A stretch of 64,000 nucleotides of DNA from an uncultured Candidatus Nanopelagicus sp. (GTDB lineage Bacteria; Actinomycetota; Actinomycetes; Nanopelagicales; Nanopelagicaceae): contig CAZDKV010000002.1 in NCBI GenBank assembly GCA_964506125.1, positions 10,924 through 74,923 of the forward strand. Direction: 5' to 3'. How positions within the stretch are numbered: position 1 is the first letter of the stretch; the number at the start of each line of letters is the position of its first letter. This document shows, one piece after another, positions 1 through 10,788 of the stretch. Below the pieces are notes generated by a model. The model searched no databases, was not told the origin of the DNA, and saw nothing but the letters and a program-made list of their open reading frames with translations. The translations under genes and the position numbers were made by a program.

Positions 1-1
1 T

Positions 2-358
2 GTATTAGTTGCCCATAATGCTCCTTTTGATTTAAGTTTTTTAAAAAGTGCGGCTAAAGATTTAGATTTTGCTTGGCCAAATTACAAGACTGTAGATACT
101 GTGACGGTTGCTAGGCAAGTACTCACCAAAGAGGATGTGCCAAATTGCAAACTCTCCACCTTGGCAACCTACTTTGGAACAAAAACTGAACCCACTCACC
201 GAGCCTTAGATGATGCTCGGGCGACTACAGAAATTTTGCATGGTTTGCTTGAAAAATTGGGATCTTTACAGATTTACACACTGGAGGCATTACTTGATTT
301 TGCAAAAACTGCAGCTCATATTCAACGGAAAAACTACTGGGGTTTAACCTCTATCTAG
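2..358 (+). CDS. DEDDh 3'-5' exonuclease (DnaQ/epsilon-like), 5' end outside window
   Basis: Frame open from base 2: VLVAHNAPFDLSFL (ExoII) ... HRALDDA (ExoIII); lies next to trpD like mycobacterial Rv2191. Confidence 0.85.
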   Translation, partial: VLVAHNAPFDLSFLKSAAKDLDFAWPNYKTVDTVTVARQVLTKEDVPNCKLSTLATYFGTKTEPTHRALDDARATTEILHGLLEKLGSLQIYTLEALLDFAKTAAHIQRKNYWGLTSI

Positions 359-1397
359 CGGAGACAATCTCATTACTTAACTCAACCCACTTTTTTAATA
401 CAGCGGCAGCAGCTCCAGAATCAATGGCTTGGTTGGCTAAAACAAACCCATTAGCAATTTGGGTTTGGAGTGGTAGATCAAAATCTGCCTTAAAAGCAGC
501 AATCGCAAAGGCTGCATTTAAAGTTACCGCATCTCTCATCGGACCAGTTTTGCCGGCAAAGATTTGGTTTGTCATAAGTGCATTAAATTTTGCATCTCCA
601 CCAGCTAAGGCGGTAATAGGAGATGTAGCTATTCCCAGTTCAGATGGATTAAATATCTCCTGCTTTAACTTGCCTTTACTTATCTGAATTACAGTGGTGG
701 TGGTTGAAATTGACACCTCATCAATTCCATCATCGCCACGAAACACAAACCCCTCTTTGCCTTGATCGAGTAGAACCTGTGCCATCAGAGGAAGTAACTC
801 AGATCTGGCGACACCAATTGCAGCTGCAATCGGCTTTGCCGGGTTTGCTAGCGGCCCCAAAATATTAAAGACTGTCGGCACACCCAATTCTTTTCGGGCA
901 GCCACTGCATGTTTCATCGCTGAGTGAAATACTGGGGCAAAGCAGAAGCCAATTCCAATTTTGTGAACAGTTTGTTCAACCTCTTTGCCAGTTAGATCAA
1001 TTTTTACACCAAGTGCTTCAAGCAGATCTGCTGAGCCTGATTTGGAGGAGGCTGCTCGATTACCATGCTTGACCACGCGAGCTCCTGCAGCATTGGTGAT
1101 AATCGCTGCGGTGGTTGAGATGTTTATAGTGTTTGCACCATCTCCTCCGGTGCCAACTGTGTCCACTGCTCGCTCTGAGATATTAATTGGAGCACAATAT
1201 TTATACATCTGAGCAACTAATGCCTCTACCTCTTCAGCGCTCTCGCCCTTGGCTTTTAAACCAGTTAAAAATGCTTTGATGTCCTCAGTGCTTGCAACAC
1301 CCTCTAAAATCTGGGACATCCCCCAAGTTATTTGCTCATTGGATAAATCTTTTTTATCAGCTAGAGCGGCAAATATTTGATCCCACTTCATTTGCAC
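351..1397 (-). CDS. trpD: Anthranilate phosphoribosyltransferase
   Basis: DTVGTGGDG, NISTT, KHGNRAASSKSGSAD motifs. Confidence 0.97.
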   Translation of the reverse strand: MQMKWDQIFAALADKKDLSNEQITWGMSQILEGVASTEDIKAFLTGLKAKGESAEEVEALVAQMYKYCAPINISERAVDTVGTGGDGANTINISTTAAIITNAAGARVVKHGNRAASSKSGSADLLEALGVKIDLTGKEVEQTVHKIGIGFCFAPVFHSAMKHAVAARKELGVPTVFNILGPLANPAKPIAAAIGVARSELLPLMAQVLLDQGKEGFVFRGDDGIDEVSISTTTTVIQISKGKLKQEIFNPSELGIATSPITALAGGDAKFNALMTNQIFAGKTGPMRDAVTLNAAFAIAAFKADFDLPLQTQIANGFVLANQAIDSGAAAAVLKKWVELSNEIVSAR

Positions 1398-1404
1398 TAC
1401 TTAA

Positions 1405-1806
1405 CTATTTTGCGAGCGCAGAATTAGATTTCAGCAAACCGGCGCATTTAGCGGCAATGGTAAATGGATCAATTGGATGCATAACTGTTGCCTCTGCTTT
1501 TGACCATGTTGCAAGCCAATTATCAGAGGTGCGGGCGGTGATTAATAAAACCGGCGGACAGTTAAAAACTTCGTCCTTTAATTGTCGGCATACTCCCATG
1601 CCACCTTCAGGAACCGCTTCCGCATCTAAAATAAAAAGATCAACCTGTTTTTTGCTATCAACATAAAGCCGAAGTGCATCAGCAGTAGCAAACTCTTTAA
1701 TCTCATGGAGTGGCAAATCCTTATCCAACTGTTTACCAAGGGCGGCGATAACAGAGCTTCGGACCGTTGAATCATCTGAGTAAAGGGCGAGAATCAACTT
1801 TTGCAT
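1405..1806 (-). CDS. Single-domain response regulator receiver (Rv3143-like)
   Basis: LYSDD ... LFILDAEAVPEGGMGVCRQLKDE; start moved to ATG 1806, which follows TAGGAT by 7 nt. Confidence 0.8.
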   Translation of the reverse strand: MQKLILALYSDDSTVRSSVIAALGKQLDKDLPLHEIKEFATADALRLYVDSKKQVDLFILDAEAVPEGGMGVCRQLKDEVFNCPPVLLITARTSDNWLATWSKAEATVMHPIDPFTIAAKCAGLLKSNSALAK

Positions 1807-1946
1807 GTCGATAATCCTACCTAGGCCGATATGTAAGTCGCCCATCACATTTCAACTGGTTAGGTGATCAGTTTCACCAGATAGTAGGGCTGCTACCCCA
1901 TCCCTAAATGAGGCTATTCCTGCCTATTTCGGGAATAATCTGCCCT

Positions 1947-2573
1947 ATGACCACCTACGCAACGCCATCGGTTAAAACCAATCGCCCTAACCTAGTTGCA
2001 GTTGGCACCATTGTCTGGCTCTCCTCAGAGTTAATGTTTTTTGCCGCACTCTTTGCCATGTACTTCACCACCCGTGCAGTACAGGGTCCAACTATTTGGG
2101 CTGAATCAACTGGATTGTTAAATATTCCATTTGCCGCAACCAACACAACAGTCTTAGTGCTCTCCTCAGTTACCTGCCAATACGGCGTCTTTGCCGCGGA
2201 GCGTTTTCAAGCTCGCAGAACTGGAAGTTTGTGGCAGATAAGTAAGTGGGGAATGCGAGAGTGGTTCTCATTAACATTTTTAATGGGCGCGTTTTTTATT
2301 GCTGGTCAAGTTTATGAGTATGCGGTGTTGGTTAGTGAAAATGTCACATTGGCATCTAGTGCTTATGGTTCAGTCTTCTACATGACAACCGGATTCCATG
2401 GCTTGCATGTAACTGGTGGTCTTATCGCTTTCTTGATTGTGCTAATTAGGGTTTTCAGAGCACAAAAATTTGGTCACTCCCAAGCAACCACAGCAATTGT
2501 GGTCTCCTACTACTGGCACTTTGTCGATATTGTTTGGATCGCATTATTTGCTGCCATCTACCTGATTAAATAA
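1947..2573 (+). CDS. ctaE: Cytochrome c oxidase subunit III
   Basis: [23 protein letters not shown] motifs; ATG 1947 is the likely start. Confidence 0.96.
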   Translation: MTTYATPSVKTNRPNLVAVGTIVWLSSELMFFAALFAMYFTTRAVQGPTIWAESTGLLNIPFAATNTTVLVLSSVTCQYGVFAAERFQARRTGSLWQISKWGMREWFSLTFLMGAFFIAGQVYEYAVLVSENVTLASSAYGSVFYMTTGFHGLHVTGGLIAFLIVLIRVFRAQKFGHSQATTAIVVSYYWHFVDIVWIALFAAIYLIK

Positions 2574-2575
2574 TT

Positions 2576-3370
2576 ATGAAATTTATATCGAAATACCGCA
2601 GGCACAAATTTGCAACACCATTGTTACTTCTCTTTGCCCTCTTTGGAATTGGCTTAACCTTTTCGGTAGCCAGTGCAACTGAAGCACCAAGTGCTGTTGA
2701 TGCTGCTGCTCGATCCACTTTGATTGCAGAAGGTCAACAGATATTTTTAAAGGGTTGCTCCTCATGCCACGGCTTAAATGGTGAGGGTGCTGCAGTTGGA
2801 CCATCCTTAATTGGTGTTGGTGCTGCCTCTGTTGATTTTCAAGTCGCAACAGGCCGTATGCCGATGCAGGATATGAGTCAACAAGCGATGCGTAAGGCTC
2901 CTGTTTATAACGAAGAGGAGGTGGCAGCACTTGCTGCCTATGTTGCATCCTTGGCTCCAGGACCACGTGCATACACCAATGAGGAAATTAAATGGGAACG
3001 AGATGGCAATACCGCTGATGGTGGTGAGTTGTTTAGAAATAACTGCGCAATGTGTCACAACTTTGCCGGCCAAGGTGGAGCATTAACTCAGGGCAAGTAC
3101 GCGCCAACTGTTATGGGTGTTGAACCAAAACATATCTATGAAGCGATGATTACCGGTCCACAGGCGATGCCAGTTTTCTCTGACAAAATTATTACTCCGC
3201 AAGAAAAGCTTTCAATTATCAAGTGGATTAAGGCTGCAGAAAGTGAGCCAAATCTTGGTGGTGCTCCCCTTGGTCGAGTGGGTCCCGTAACTGAAGGTTT
3301 ATTAGTTTGGACATTTGGGCTTGGATTGTTAATTGCAATTGCTGTCTGGTTAACTGCGAAGGCAAGGTAG
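2576..3370 (+). CDS. qcrC: Cytochrome bcc diheme cytochrome c subunit
   Basis: Two CxxCH motifs (CSSCH, CAMCH); operon position. Confidence 0.96.
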   Translation: MKFISKYRRHKFATPLLLLFALFGIGLTFSVASATEAPSAVDAAARSTLIAEGQQIFLKGCSSCHGLNGEGAAVGPSLIGVGAASVDFQVATGRMPMQDMSQQAMRKAPVYNEEEVAALAAYVASLAPGPRAYTNEEIKWERDGNTADGGELFRNNCAMCHNFAGQGGALTQGKYAPTVMGVEPKHIYEAMITGPQAMPVFSDKIITPQEKLSIIKWIKAAESEPNLGGAPLGRVGPVTEGLLVWTFGLGLLIAIAVWLTAKAR

Positions 3371-3374
3371 GCAA

Positions 3375-4367
3375 ATGTCTAAAGAGTTAGAGCCATTAGC
3401 AGATCCCGGATTGCCTGAGCATGTTCATCGAAAAGCAGATACCGATCCAATTGCAGCCAAAAGAGCTGAACGACAGGTAGCAGTTTTATTTTCACTCTCT
3501 GGTGCTGGCACCTTGTTGTTTATCTACTCATTCTTTTTTATTAAAGAGGATGTCTTCATCTTCTTGCCAATAATGGGCACAACCAATGCTCATCAATTAG
3601 GTATTGGTATCGGTATGGCTGCCAGCTTGTTATTTATTGGTTTTGGTGCAGTTCATTGGGCTAAAACTTTGATGCCAGATCAAGAGGTAATTGCTTATCG
3701 CCATGAGATGAAATCTGAGGAGAAGGATCGACAGGAGTTTGTTGCCACCGCTAAAGAGGGTGCTGCGATTGCTGGCCTTGGACGCCGACCACTAATCAAA
3801 CGCACTCTGGCAGCTGCAGCAGGCCTTGCTGGTTTGCCTGCGGTCATCTTGCTTAGAGACCTAGGACCTTTGCCAGGCAATTCTTTAAATGAAACTAATT
3901 GGGCGGCTGGAACAAGATTGGTCACAGATCCAGGTGATCGACCAATTAAGCCAAGTGATTTAGAGGTTGGTGGAGTTGCCCAAGTTATGCCGGCACTACC
4001 TCCTGGTAAAAAGCGCACCTTAGAGGATATTGCCAAGGATGCGGTTTTATTAATAAGAATTCGACCATCTGAGTTCCAATTAGATCCAGAGAGATTATCT
4101 TGGACTCATGAGGGAATTATTGCTTTCTCAAAGATTTGTTCTCATATGGGTTGTGCTGTGGCTTTGTATGAGCAAACTACAAAACATTTACTATGTCCAT
4201 GTCACCAATCAACCTTTGATGTAACTCGGGCTGCCAAAGTGATCTTTGGTCCATCAGCTCGTCCACTACCCCAACTTGCTATCACCGTTGATAGTGAAGG
4301 GTATTTAATTGCTAAACAACCATTTAGCGAGGCAGTAGGACCTAGCTTCTGGGAGAGGAAATCATGA
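3375..4367 (+). CDS. qcrA: Cytochrome bcc Rieske Fe-S subunit
   Basis: CSHMGC and CPCHQS Rieske boxes; N-terminal TM helices. Confidence 0.97.
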   Translation: MSKELEPLADPGLPEHVHRKADTDPIAAKRAERQVAVLFSLSGAGTLLFIYSFFFIKEDVFIFLPIMGTTNAHQLGIGIGMAASLLFIGFGAVHWAKTLMPDQEVIAYRHEMKSEEKDRQEFVATAKEGAAIAGLGRRPLIKRTLAAAAGLAGLPAVILLRDLGPLPGNSLNETNWAAGTRLVTDPGDRPIKPSDLEVGGVAQVMPALPPGKKRTLEDIAKDAVLLIRIRPSEFQLDPERLSWTHEGIIAFSKICSHMGCAVALYEQTTKHLLCPCHQSTFDVTRAAKVIFGPSARPLPQLAITVDSEGYLIAKQPFSEAVGPSFWERKS

Positions 4368-5956
4368 CCGCACGTGAAAGAGTGGCAGGAACAGTTGCCA
4401 ATTATGTAGATGAACGCACTGGTGCTGCTAAGTGGATGAGAAAGAACCTTCAAAAGGTATTTCCAGATCACTGGTCCTTTATGTTGGGTGAGATTGCACT
4501 TTACTCATTTGTAATTCTTCTATTGTCTGGCACTTTTTTGAGTTTTTGGTTTGATCCATCGATGCGCCACGTAACTTATGAAGGAAGTTATCAACCGCTA
4601 AAGGATGTCGAAATGAGTGCGGCATACGCCTCAGCTCTCCATATCTCCTTTGATGTTCGTGGTGGGCTATTGATGCGACAAATTCACCACTGGGCAGCGC
4701 TGATTTTTATGGCTGCAATTGTGGTTCACCTTATGAGAGTTTTCTTTACAGGTGCGTTTCGTAAGCCACGTGAGTTCAACTGGATTTTAGGTATTGCCCT
4801 GCTAACACTTGGAATCGTTGAAGGCTTCCTTGGCTACTCACTGCCAGATGATTTGTTATCTGGAACTGGTGTAAGAATTGCCCACGCAATTATTCAATCT
4901 ATTCCAGTAGTTGGTACCTATCTTTCATTCTTTGCATTTGGTGGAGCATTTCCAGGTGAGGTGTTTATTCCCCGGATTTATATTGTGCACGTCCTATTGA
5001 TCCCAGGAATTTTCTTAGCATTAATTACCGTGCACTTAATGTTGGTTTGGTACCAGAAGCACACTCAATATCCAGGACCTGGTAGAACTGAGAAGAATGT
5101 TGTCGGCTACCCATTGATGCCGGTCTACATGGCGAAAGCTGGCGGCTTCTTCTTCATTGTATTTGGAATCACCGCTTTCTTAGGAGCTGTTGCTTCCATA
5201 AATCCTATTTGGCTATATGGTCCATATACGCCCGGACAAATTTCAGCAGGTTCGCAACCAGATTGGTACATGGGTTGGCTAGATGGATTAGTCCGCATGG
5301 CGCCGCCATTAGAAACTTACCTCTTTGGTTACACCATCTCGTGGAATATTTTGTTGCCAGGATTAATCATTCCAGGAATTATTTTCACCGGCATGGCGCT
5401 TTACCCATTTATTGAAAGTTGGATGACTGGTGATAAGCGCGAACACCACCTATTGGATCGTCCACGAAATGTGCCAAATCGAACAGCTCTAGGTGTTATG
5501 TCATTAACATTTATGGTGGTAGCACTAATTAATGGTGGAAATGATTTGATTGCCACCCACTTTGACTTAACTATCAATCAGATCATGTGGTTCTCACGAA
5601 TCGGAATCATTGTTCTGCCACCATTAGCATTTGTGATTACCAAGCGCATATGTCTTTCCCTGCAACGGGCAGATCGTGAAGCTGTACTACATGGTAAAGA
5701 GACTGGCCGATTGGTTATGTTGCCGCATGGCGAGTACATAGAGATTCATGAAGAGTTATCACCAGAGAAGAAGTTCACTCTGACTCAACATGAGCAACCT
5801 AAAGCCATTACCTTGGTGGCAGAAGATAGCCAAGGGGTTTTAAATCCAAAGGGCTTCAGGGCAAGGTTACAAGCGAGATTTAGTGCAGCTAATGCTGAAA
5901 ACATACCAAAGCCAACTGCTACTGAGATTAAAGAGCTCGAGAGCGGTCATCACTAA
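4364..5956 (+). CDS. qcrB: Cytochrome bcc cytochrome b subunit
   Basis: HWSFMLGEIALY, QIHHWAA, QPDWY motifs. Confidence 0.97.
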   Translation: MTARERVAGTVANYVDERTGAAKWMRKNLQKVFPDHWSFMLGEIALYSFVILLLSGTFLSFWFDPSMRHVTYEGSYQPLKDVEMSAAYASALHISFDVRGGLLMRQIHHWAALIFMAAIVVHLMRVFFTGAFRKPREFNWILGIALLTLGIVEGFLGYSLPDDLLSGTGVRIAHAIIQSIPVVGTYLSFFAFGGAFPGEVFIPRIYIVHVLLIPGIFLALITVHLMLVWYQKHTQYPGPGRTEKNVVGYPLMPVYMAKAGGFFFIVFGITAFLGAVASINPIWLYGPYTPGQISAGSQPDWYMGWLDGLVRMAPPLETYLFGYTISWNILLPGLIIPGIIFTGMALYPFIESWMTGDKREHHLLDRPRNVPNRTALGVMSLTFMVVALINGGNDLIATHFDLTINQIMWFSRIGIIVLPPLAFVITKRICLSLQRADREAVLHGKETGRLVMLPHGEYIEIHEELSPEKKFTLTQHEQPKAITLVAEDSQGVLNPKGFRARLQARFSAANAENIPKPTATEIKELESGHH

Positions 5957-5973
5957 GCGATATAAGTAAGGTT

Positions 5974-6007
5974 ACAACCCCGCACTAAAGTGTGGGGTTG
6001 TTTCTTT
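5974..6007 (+). terminator. Intrinsic terminator of ctaE-qcrCAB
   Basis: ACAACCCCGCACT-AA-AGTGTGGGGTTGT hairpin followed by a T-rich tract. Confidence 0.85.
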
Positions 6008-6072
6008 GTCCTAATTTTCCTACTCATTTGCCTGCATACTTAAAATAAAGAGGCCCTTACTACAATAAGTAT

Positions 6073-7395
6073 GTGAACAGATCCCTGTGGCGAGGTGAGA
6101 CATCTTTACCCTTGCGCAAATCTATTAATTCATCAAATAGCTTTGATGTGGCAATAATTGGCGGTGGATTTAGTGGCTTATGGAGTGCCTACCACCTTAA
6201 ACAATTACAACCTTCCTTAAAGATTGCGATTTTTGAAGACAAGTATGTTGGCTTTGGTGCCAGTGGGCGCAATGGTGGCTGGGCTTCGGCAGAGTATCCA
6301 ACCTCAAATGCTCGACTTATTAAAGAGCATGGAATTCAAATATATAAGAATTTACGCAGCGGGTTAATTGAATCAATTGATGAGATTGGTCAAATATCTC
6401 AATCAAATAACTGGCAGATTGATTTTGCAAAAGGTGGGGCTTTAGTTTTTGCTACCAATAAAGCACAACTGACCAGGATTTCTTCACAAGTTGATGATGA
6501 GCACACATTATTAACTCAAACTCAGGCTAGTGATTTACTCAATGTTGCAAATATTAAAGGTGGGGTTTACACCCCCCACTGTGCAGCCTTAAACCCTTTT
6601 AGTTTGACCCAATATCTAGCAAAGTATCTTGAAGGTATTGGTGTTGAAATATTTGAAAATTCAAAGGTAGAAGAAATTTTTGATAGGCAAGTTTTAGTAA
6701 ATGGCCACAAGATTTCTTGCCAAATTTCTATTCGAGCGACTGAGGCTTTTACTGCCCGCAAATGGATGGCTCACCAGCAAATACCAATCTATTCTCTTAT
6801 GGTGGCAACCCAGCCATTGCCTAAAGAGATTTTAAATCAGATAAGAAATTCTCAACGAGCCACATTTCAGGAGGCATGCAACTTAATCACATATGCCCAA
6901 ATCACTGCAGATAATCGGCTTGCAATTGGTGGGCGAGGTGTTCGATATAAATTATTTTCACGGCTTTCAGAACGCAGTGAAATCGACAATCGTATGCATT
7001 CAGCCTTAGAAAGAAGAGCAGTTAAGTGGTTTCCGCAATTACAATCAATCAAGTTTGAGTACCGTTGGGGTGGTCCAGTTGCCCTAACAAGAAGATGGCA
7101 AAGTTATTTAAATTACAACCGAGCAACTGGCCAAGCGGCAATCGGTGGCTATGTTGGAGATGGTGTAACCCTTTCTTATCTTGCTGCAAAAACCTTAGCG
7201 CAAATAGTTAGTGGTGAGAAAACTCCGGAGTTACCATTTGTGAATCAGAAGATAGGTAGATGGGAGCCTGAGCCAATTAGATATTTAGCGGTAAACGCTG
7301 GTTTTAAAGCCACAGTTGCAGCAGATATTGAAGAGCGAATTACCGGCAAACCAAGTCTGATTGCTTCTGTAGTGGATCCACTGATCAATCGATAG
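6073..7395 (+). CDS. FAD-dependent oxidoreductase, DadA/PuuB family
   Basis: GGGFSGLW, GASGRNGG, GGYVGDGV motifs. Confidence 0.88.
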   Translation: MNRSLWRGETSLPLRKSINSSNSFDVAIIGGGFSGLWSAYHLKQLQPSLKIAIFEDKYVGFGASGRNGGWASAEYPTSNARLIKEHGIQIYKNLRSGLIESIDEIGQISQSNNWQIDFAKGGALVFATNKAQLTRISSQVDDEHTLLTQTQASDLLNVANIKGGVYTPHCAALNPFSLTQYLAKYLEGIGVEIFENSKVEEIFDRQVLVNGHKISCQISIRATEAFTARKWMAHQQIPIYSLMVATQPLPKEILNQIRNSQRATFQEACNLITYAQITADNRLAIGGRGVRYKLFSRLSERSEIDNRMHSALERRAVKWFPQLQSIKFEYRWGGPVALTRRWQSYLNYNRATGQAAIGGYVGDGVTLSYLAAKTLAQIVSGEKTPELPFVNQKIGRWEPEPIRYLAVNAGFKATVAADIEERITGKPSLIASVVDPLINR

Positions 7396-7398
7396 AAG

Positions 7399-10300
7399 CT
7401 AGAAATTTAATCCAGCACACTTTGGTTTTGGCCCAGCATTTGTATTTCCATAACGATGTTGGGTAATTGAGACACTTTGCTCCAAAAACCAACGGGAAAT
7501 TTCAATATCACCGCGTGAAGTTATTGGCCTACGATCACATGATATGCCATTTTTCATCAATTCATAGACTGGTGGTATCTCAGCTGAGAGCCATCGGACT
7601 CGATCAAATTCAAGTGCATGATCAGCAAACTCTTCAGCACTTTCCACCACCAAGTTGGCTAAACCAGGAATCAATGTGTCACTACTTAACCTGGTAATCA
7701 CTCCTAAATCTTTTTTAAGCCAAGCTAAAAAATCTAATTCATCTTTACTAGTTCCACTTTCAATTCTGATCAAAAATCCTTTTTTATATCTTCTATACCG
7801 TTGAACATTTTGCTCAACCTCAAGTGATGAGCAATCTATTGCTAGGCACCCGGTTGATTTAATCCACTTATTAGCTGCCTCTTTCATAGGTAAAAAGTGC
7901 TTCATTTGATTCCAATTACGCAAAGTGGCGACATAATTTGCCCCGCCTGCTTTGGCTGTAGCCCCTACAGAACTTTTACGCCAACCACCAAAGGGTTGTC
8001 GGTTAACTATGGCGCCGGTAACACCACGATTTACATACAAATTCCCAGCCTCTACATTTTCAATCCAGTACTCACACTCATTTGGATCTAATGATTGAAT
8101 ACCAGCAGTTAAACCAAAATCAGTTGCATTCTGCCAACTAATTGCTGTTTTCAAATCAGGGGCAACCATGATGGCAAGTACAGGTCCAAACCATTCATTT
8201 AAATGTGACCAAGAGCCTGGTTTAACACCAGTTTTAATGCCGGGAGACCAAATTAATCCAGCCTCATCTAACTGTGCTGGTTTTAACAACCACTCCTCAC
8301 CTTCATCTAAGGTAGTAAGGGCTCGTTGCAGATTAGCCTCTGATTTCTTGATAATTGGTCCAACAGTTGTAGCAAGGTTGTAACCAGCACCTACTGTCAG
8401 AGATTGAACCGCATCAAGCAACTGCTTTCTAAATATTGGATTTTGATAAATACTCTTTTCTACAATCGCAAGTGAGGCGGCTGAGCATTTTTGCCCTGCA
8501 TGTCCAAAGGCTGATTGCACTAAGTCCTTTACCGCAACATCTATATCGCAACAAGCTGTTAATACCATGGCATTTTTACCACTAGTTTCAGCTAAGAGAT
8601 TTAACTCATTACGCCATGAAGAGAATAAAAGTGCAGTGCTATAGCCACCAGTTAAAATAACGGCGTTGACATCTTCATGGCTAATTAATGCTTGGCCAAC
8701 CTCATTATCTTCCGTTGAGACAAATTGCAGTACATCTTTTGGTATTCCCGCTTTCCATAATTGATTTACTAAGTGCCAAGATGTAGCAACAGTCTCTGGT
8801 GCTGATTTGAATATCACTGTATTTCCAGCCGCCAAGGCTGCGCAAATACCACCGGTAGGTATTGCATAGGGGAAGTTCCATGGTGGTACGACGACAACTA
8901 CACCAACTGGCGAGGACTCTTTTTCTAGATTTAATGAAATTGCAGAAAGTGCGTAGTAGTTTGCAAAATCAATAGCCTCTGAAATCTCTGGATCAGCTTC
9001 CGCCACAGTTTTACCTGCATCTTTTGACATGATTGCAATACTCTCTTCCATCTGAGAGTGAGCAATCTGACCAAACTCTTTCAAAAGTTTAGCTCTAGCT
9101 TGCGCTCCTAACTTATCCCAGGCTGGTAGTGACTTTTTTGCGGCATTGATTGCAATCTCAAGATCACTCTTCTTTGCAACAGCATATTGATACCAAACAT
9201 GAGCATTATCTGAAGGGTCATTGCCATCAATCAAAGTTCGATCAAAAATCTCCTTACCATCGATCACAATTGGAATCTGGTACTTCGGCTGTTCATGCAC
9301 TCTCTTCATCTCTTTAGAAAGCTTTGAAACAAATGAATCCCTTGTGAGATCTGCATTTGGGGCATTTTCAAATTTATCTACAACTGCAAATTTAATGGCT
9401 TTATGTCGAATACTGTTTGTTGAAACTTGATGTCGCTGCGTGACACTTTGCAAAAATCGCTCAGATTGCTCAGCAAATTTACTTGGATCAGAACCCATTT
9501 CAAATGAAGACCTTAGATAATTCTCTGGCGCAGTGTTCTCATCCAGCCTTCGCACCAGGTAAGCAACTGCAGATGCAAAATCATTACCTCTAGTGACAGG
9601 TGCGTAGAGCAAAATTGGCAAGGATCTATTTGCAATTGCTAGTGCCTCAGGATTTGCCATTCCTTCAAGCATCTCTAGATCCAACTGCTCCATCACATTT
9701 CGCTTTTTTGCAATCTCTAGCGCAAATGCAATGTGAAAAAGATTGTGACTAGCTACTCCAATTCTTACTGCCCGCGCATTTTCAGGTCTAAGCGCTGTAT
9801 CTAACAATCTTGAATAACTAGCATCTACCTCTGGTTTGGATTGATAAGGTGCTGCTACCCAGCCATGTAACTCTGCTTCAGCTTTTTCCATTGCAAGATT
9901 TGCACCCTTTACTAATCTAATCTTGATAACTCCTCCTGATTGAGTATTCCGAGATTGTGACCACTCAACCAATTCGGCAAAAACCTCATGGGATTCAGGC
10001 AGATAAGCTTGCAAAACCAAGCCTGCGTAAAGATTTTTAAACTCGCCTTCACTTAATACCAACTTAAACGCATCTACAGTCAATCGTAGGTCGCGAAACT
10101 CTTCCATATCCAAATTGACAAAAGTATTAGTGGCAATAGATTTTCGATAAATCTCCCGCAACTTGACACTCACTCGCTCTAATGTCCCAACCCGATCTAA
10201 TGCAATGATTTGACTGACCACCGATGAAAGTTTGACCGATACGTAATTGACTTCATCACGCTCCATCATCTCAAGTACGCGTTCAAATCGCTCAGCTGCT

Positions 10301-10788
10301 TCCTTTTCGCCCAAAACAGCTTCTCCTAGAACATTGATATTTAATCTGATTCTTTTTTTGGCTCTTCGCTTTATTTGTCTAGAAAGTTGCTTTTTTTCAG
10401 CTGGAAGGATTATTCCTTTTGACAAAAGTTTCACCTGAGTATGAACTGCAAATAAAACTGGTTTTGGGAGAAGTTTTGAAAGTAAGGCAATTAGTTTCAA
10501 ACCAATGGTGTTGATAAAACCAAAACCTGCAAAGGAGGCATCTTTAGCCGCTTTTCTTAAAATTCTAACCGCATCTTTTGGCGAAGAAATTCGCATAACC
10601 TCATCAGTTAGGGAAACCGTGACCGATATTGCTTTTGGGTCTTTAAATAATCTAGTAAACCTTTTTCTACTTGCTTTGTCGTATCTTTTTAGATTTGGTT
10701 TGGCTTCGGAGATAAGTTTTCGAGCATTTTCAACAGCAGAACTTGCTAACTGATCGATCGAAGAGTCAGTTGGTATGATCAAGCTCAT
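7399..10788 (-). CDS. putA: Bifunctional proline dehydrogenase / P5C dehydrogenase
   Basis: RLVKGANL, ASHNLF, YLVRRLDEN; ALDH motifs PWNFP, ETSGKN, AGQKCS. Confidence 0.95.
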   Translation of the reverse strand: MSLIIPTDSSIDQLASSAVENARKLISEAKPNLKRYDKASRKRFTRLFKDPKAISVTVSLTDEVMRISSPKDAVRILRKAAKDASFAGFGFINTIGLKLIALLSKLLPKPVLFAVHTQVKLLSKGIILPAEKKQLSRQIKRRAKKRIRLNINVLGEAVLGEKEAAERFERVLEMMERDEVNYVSVKLSSVVSQIIALDRVGTLERVSVKLREIYRKSIATNTFVNLDMEEFRDLRLTVDAFKLVLSEGEFKNLYAGLVLQAYLPESHEVFAELVEWSQSRNTQSGGVIKIRLVKGANLAMEKAEAELHGWVAAPYQSKPEVDASYSRLLDTALRPENARAVRIGVASHNLFHIAFALEIAKKRNVMEQLDLEMLEGMANPEALAIANRSLPILLYAPVTRGNDFASAVAYLVRRLDENTAPENYLRSSFEMGSDPSKFAEQSERFLQSVTQRHQVSTNSIRHKAIKFAVVDKFENAPNADLTRDSFVSKLSKEMKRVHEQPKYQIPIVIDGKEIFDRTLIDGNDPSDNAHVWYQYAVAKKSDLEIAINAAKKSLPAWDKLGAQARAKLLKEFGQIAHSQMEESIAIMSKDAGKTVAEADPEISEAIDFANYYALSAISLNLEKESSPVGVVVVVPPWNFPYAIPTGGICAALAAGNTVIFKSAPETVATSWHLVNQLWKAGIPKDVLQFVSTEDNEVGQALISHEDVNAVILTGGYSTALLFSSWRNELNLLAETSGKNAMVLTACCDIDVAVKDLVQSAFGHAGQKCSAASLAIVEKSIYQNPIFRKQLLDAVQSLTVGAGYNLATTVGPIIKKSEANLQRALTTLDEGEEWLLKPAQLDEAGLIWSPGIKTGVKPGSWSHLNEWFGPVLAIMVAPDLKTAISWQNATDFGLTAGIQSLDPNECEYWIENVEAGNLYVNRGVTGAIVNRQPFGGWRKSSVGATAKAGGANYVATLRNWNQMKHFLPMKEAANKWIKSTGCLAIDCSSLEVEQNVQRYRRYKKGFLIRIESGTSKDELDFLAWLKKDLGVITRLSSDTLIPGLANLVVESAEEFADHALEFDRVRWLSAEIPPVYELMKNGISCDRRPITSRGDIEISRWFLEQSVSITQHRYGNTNAGPKPKCAGLNF

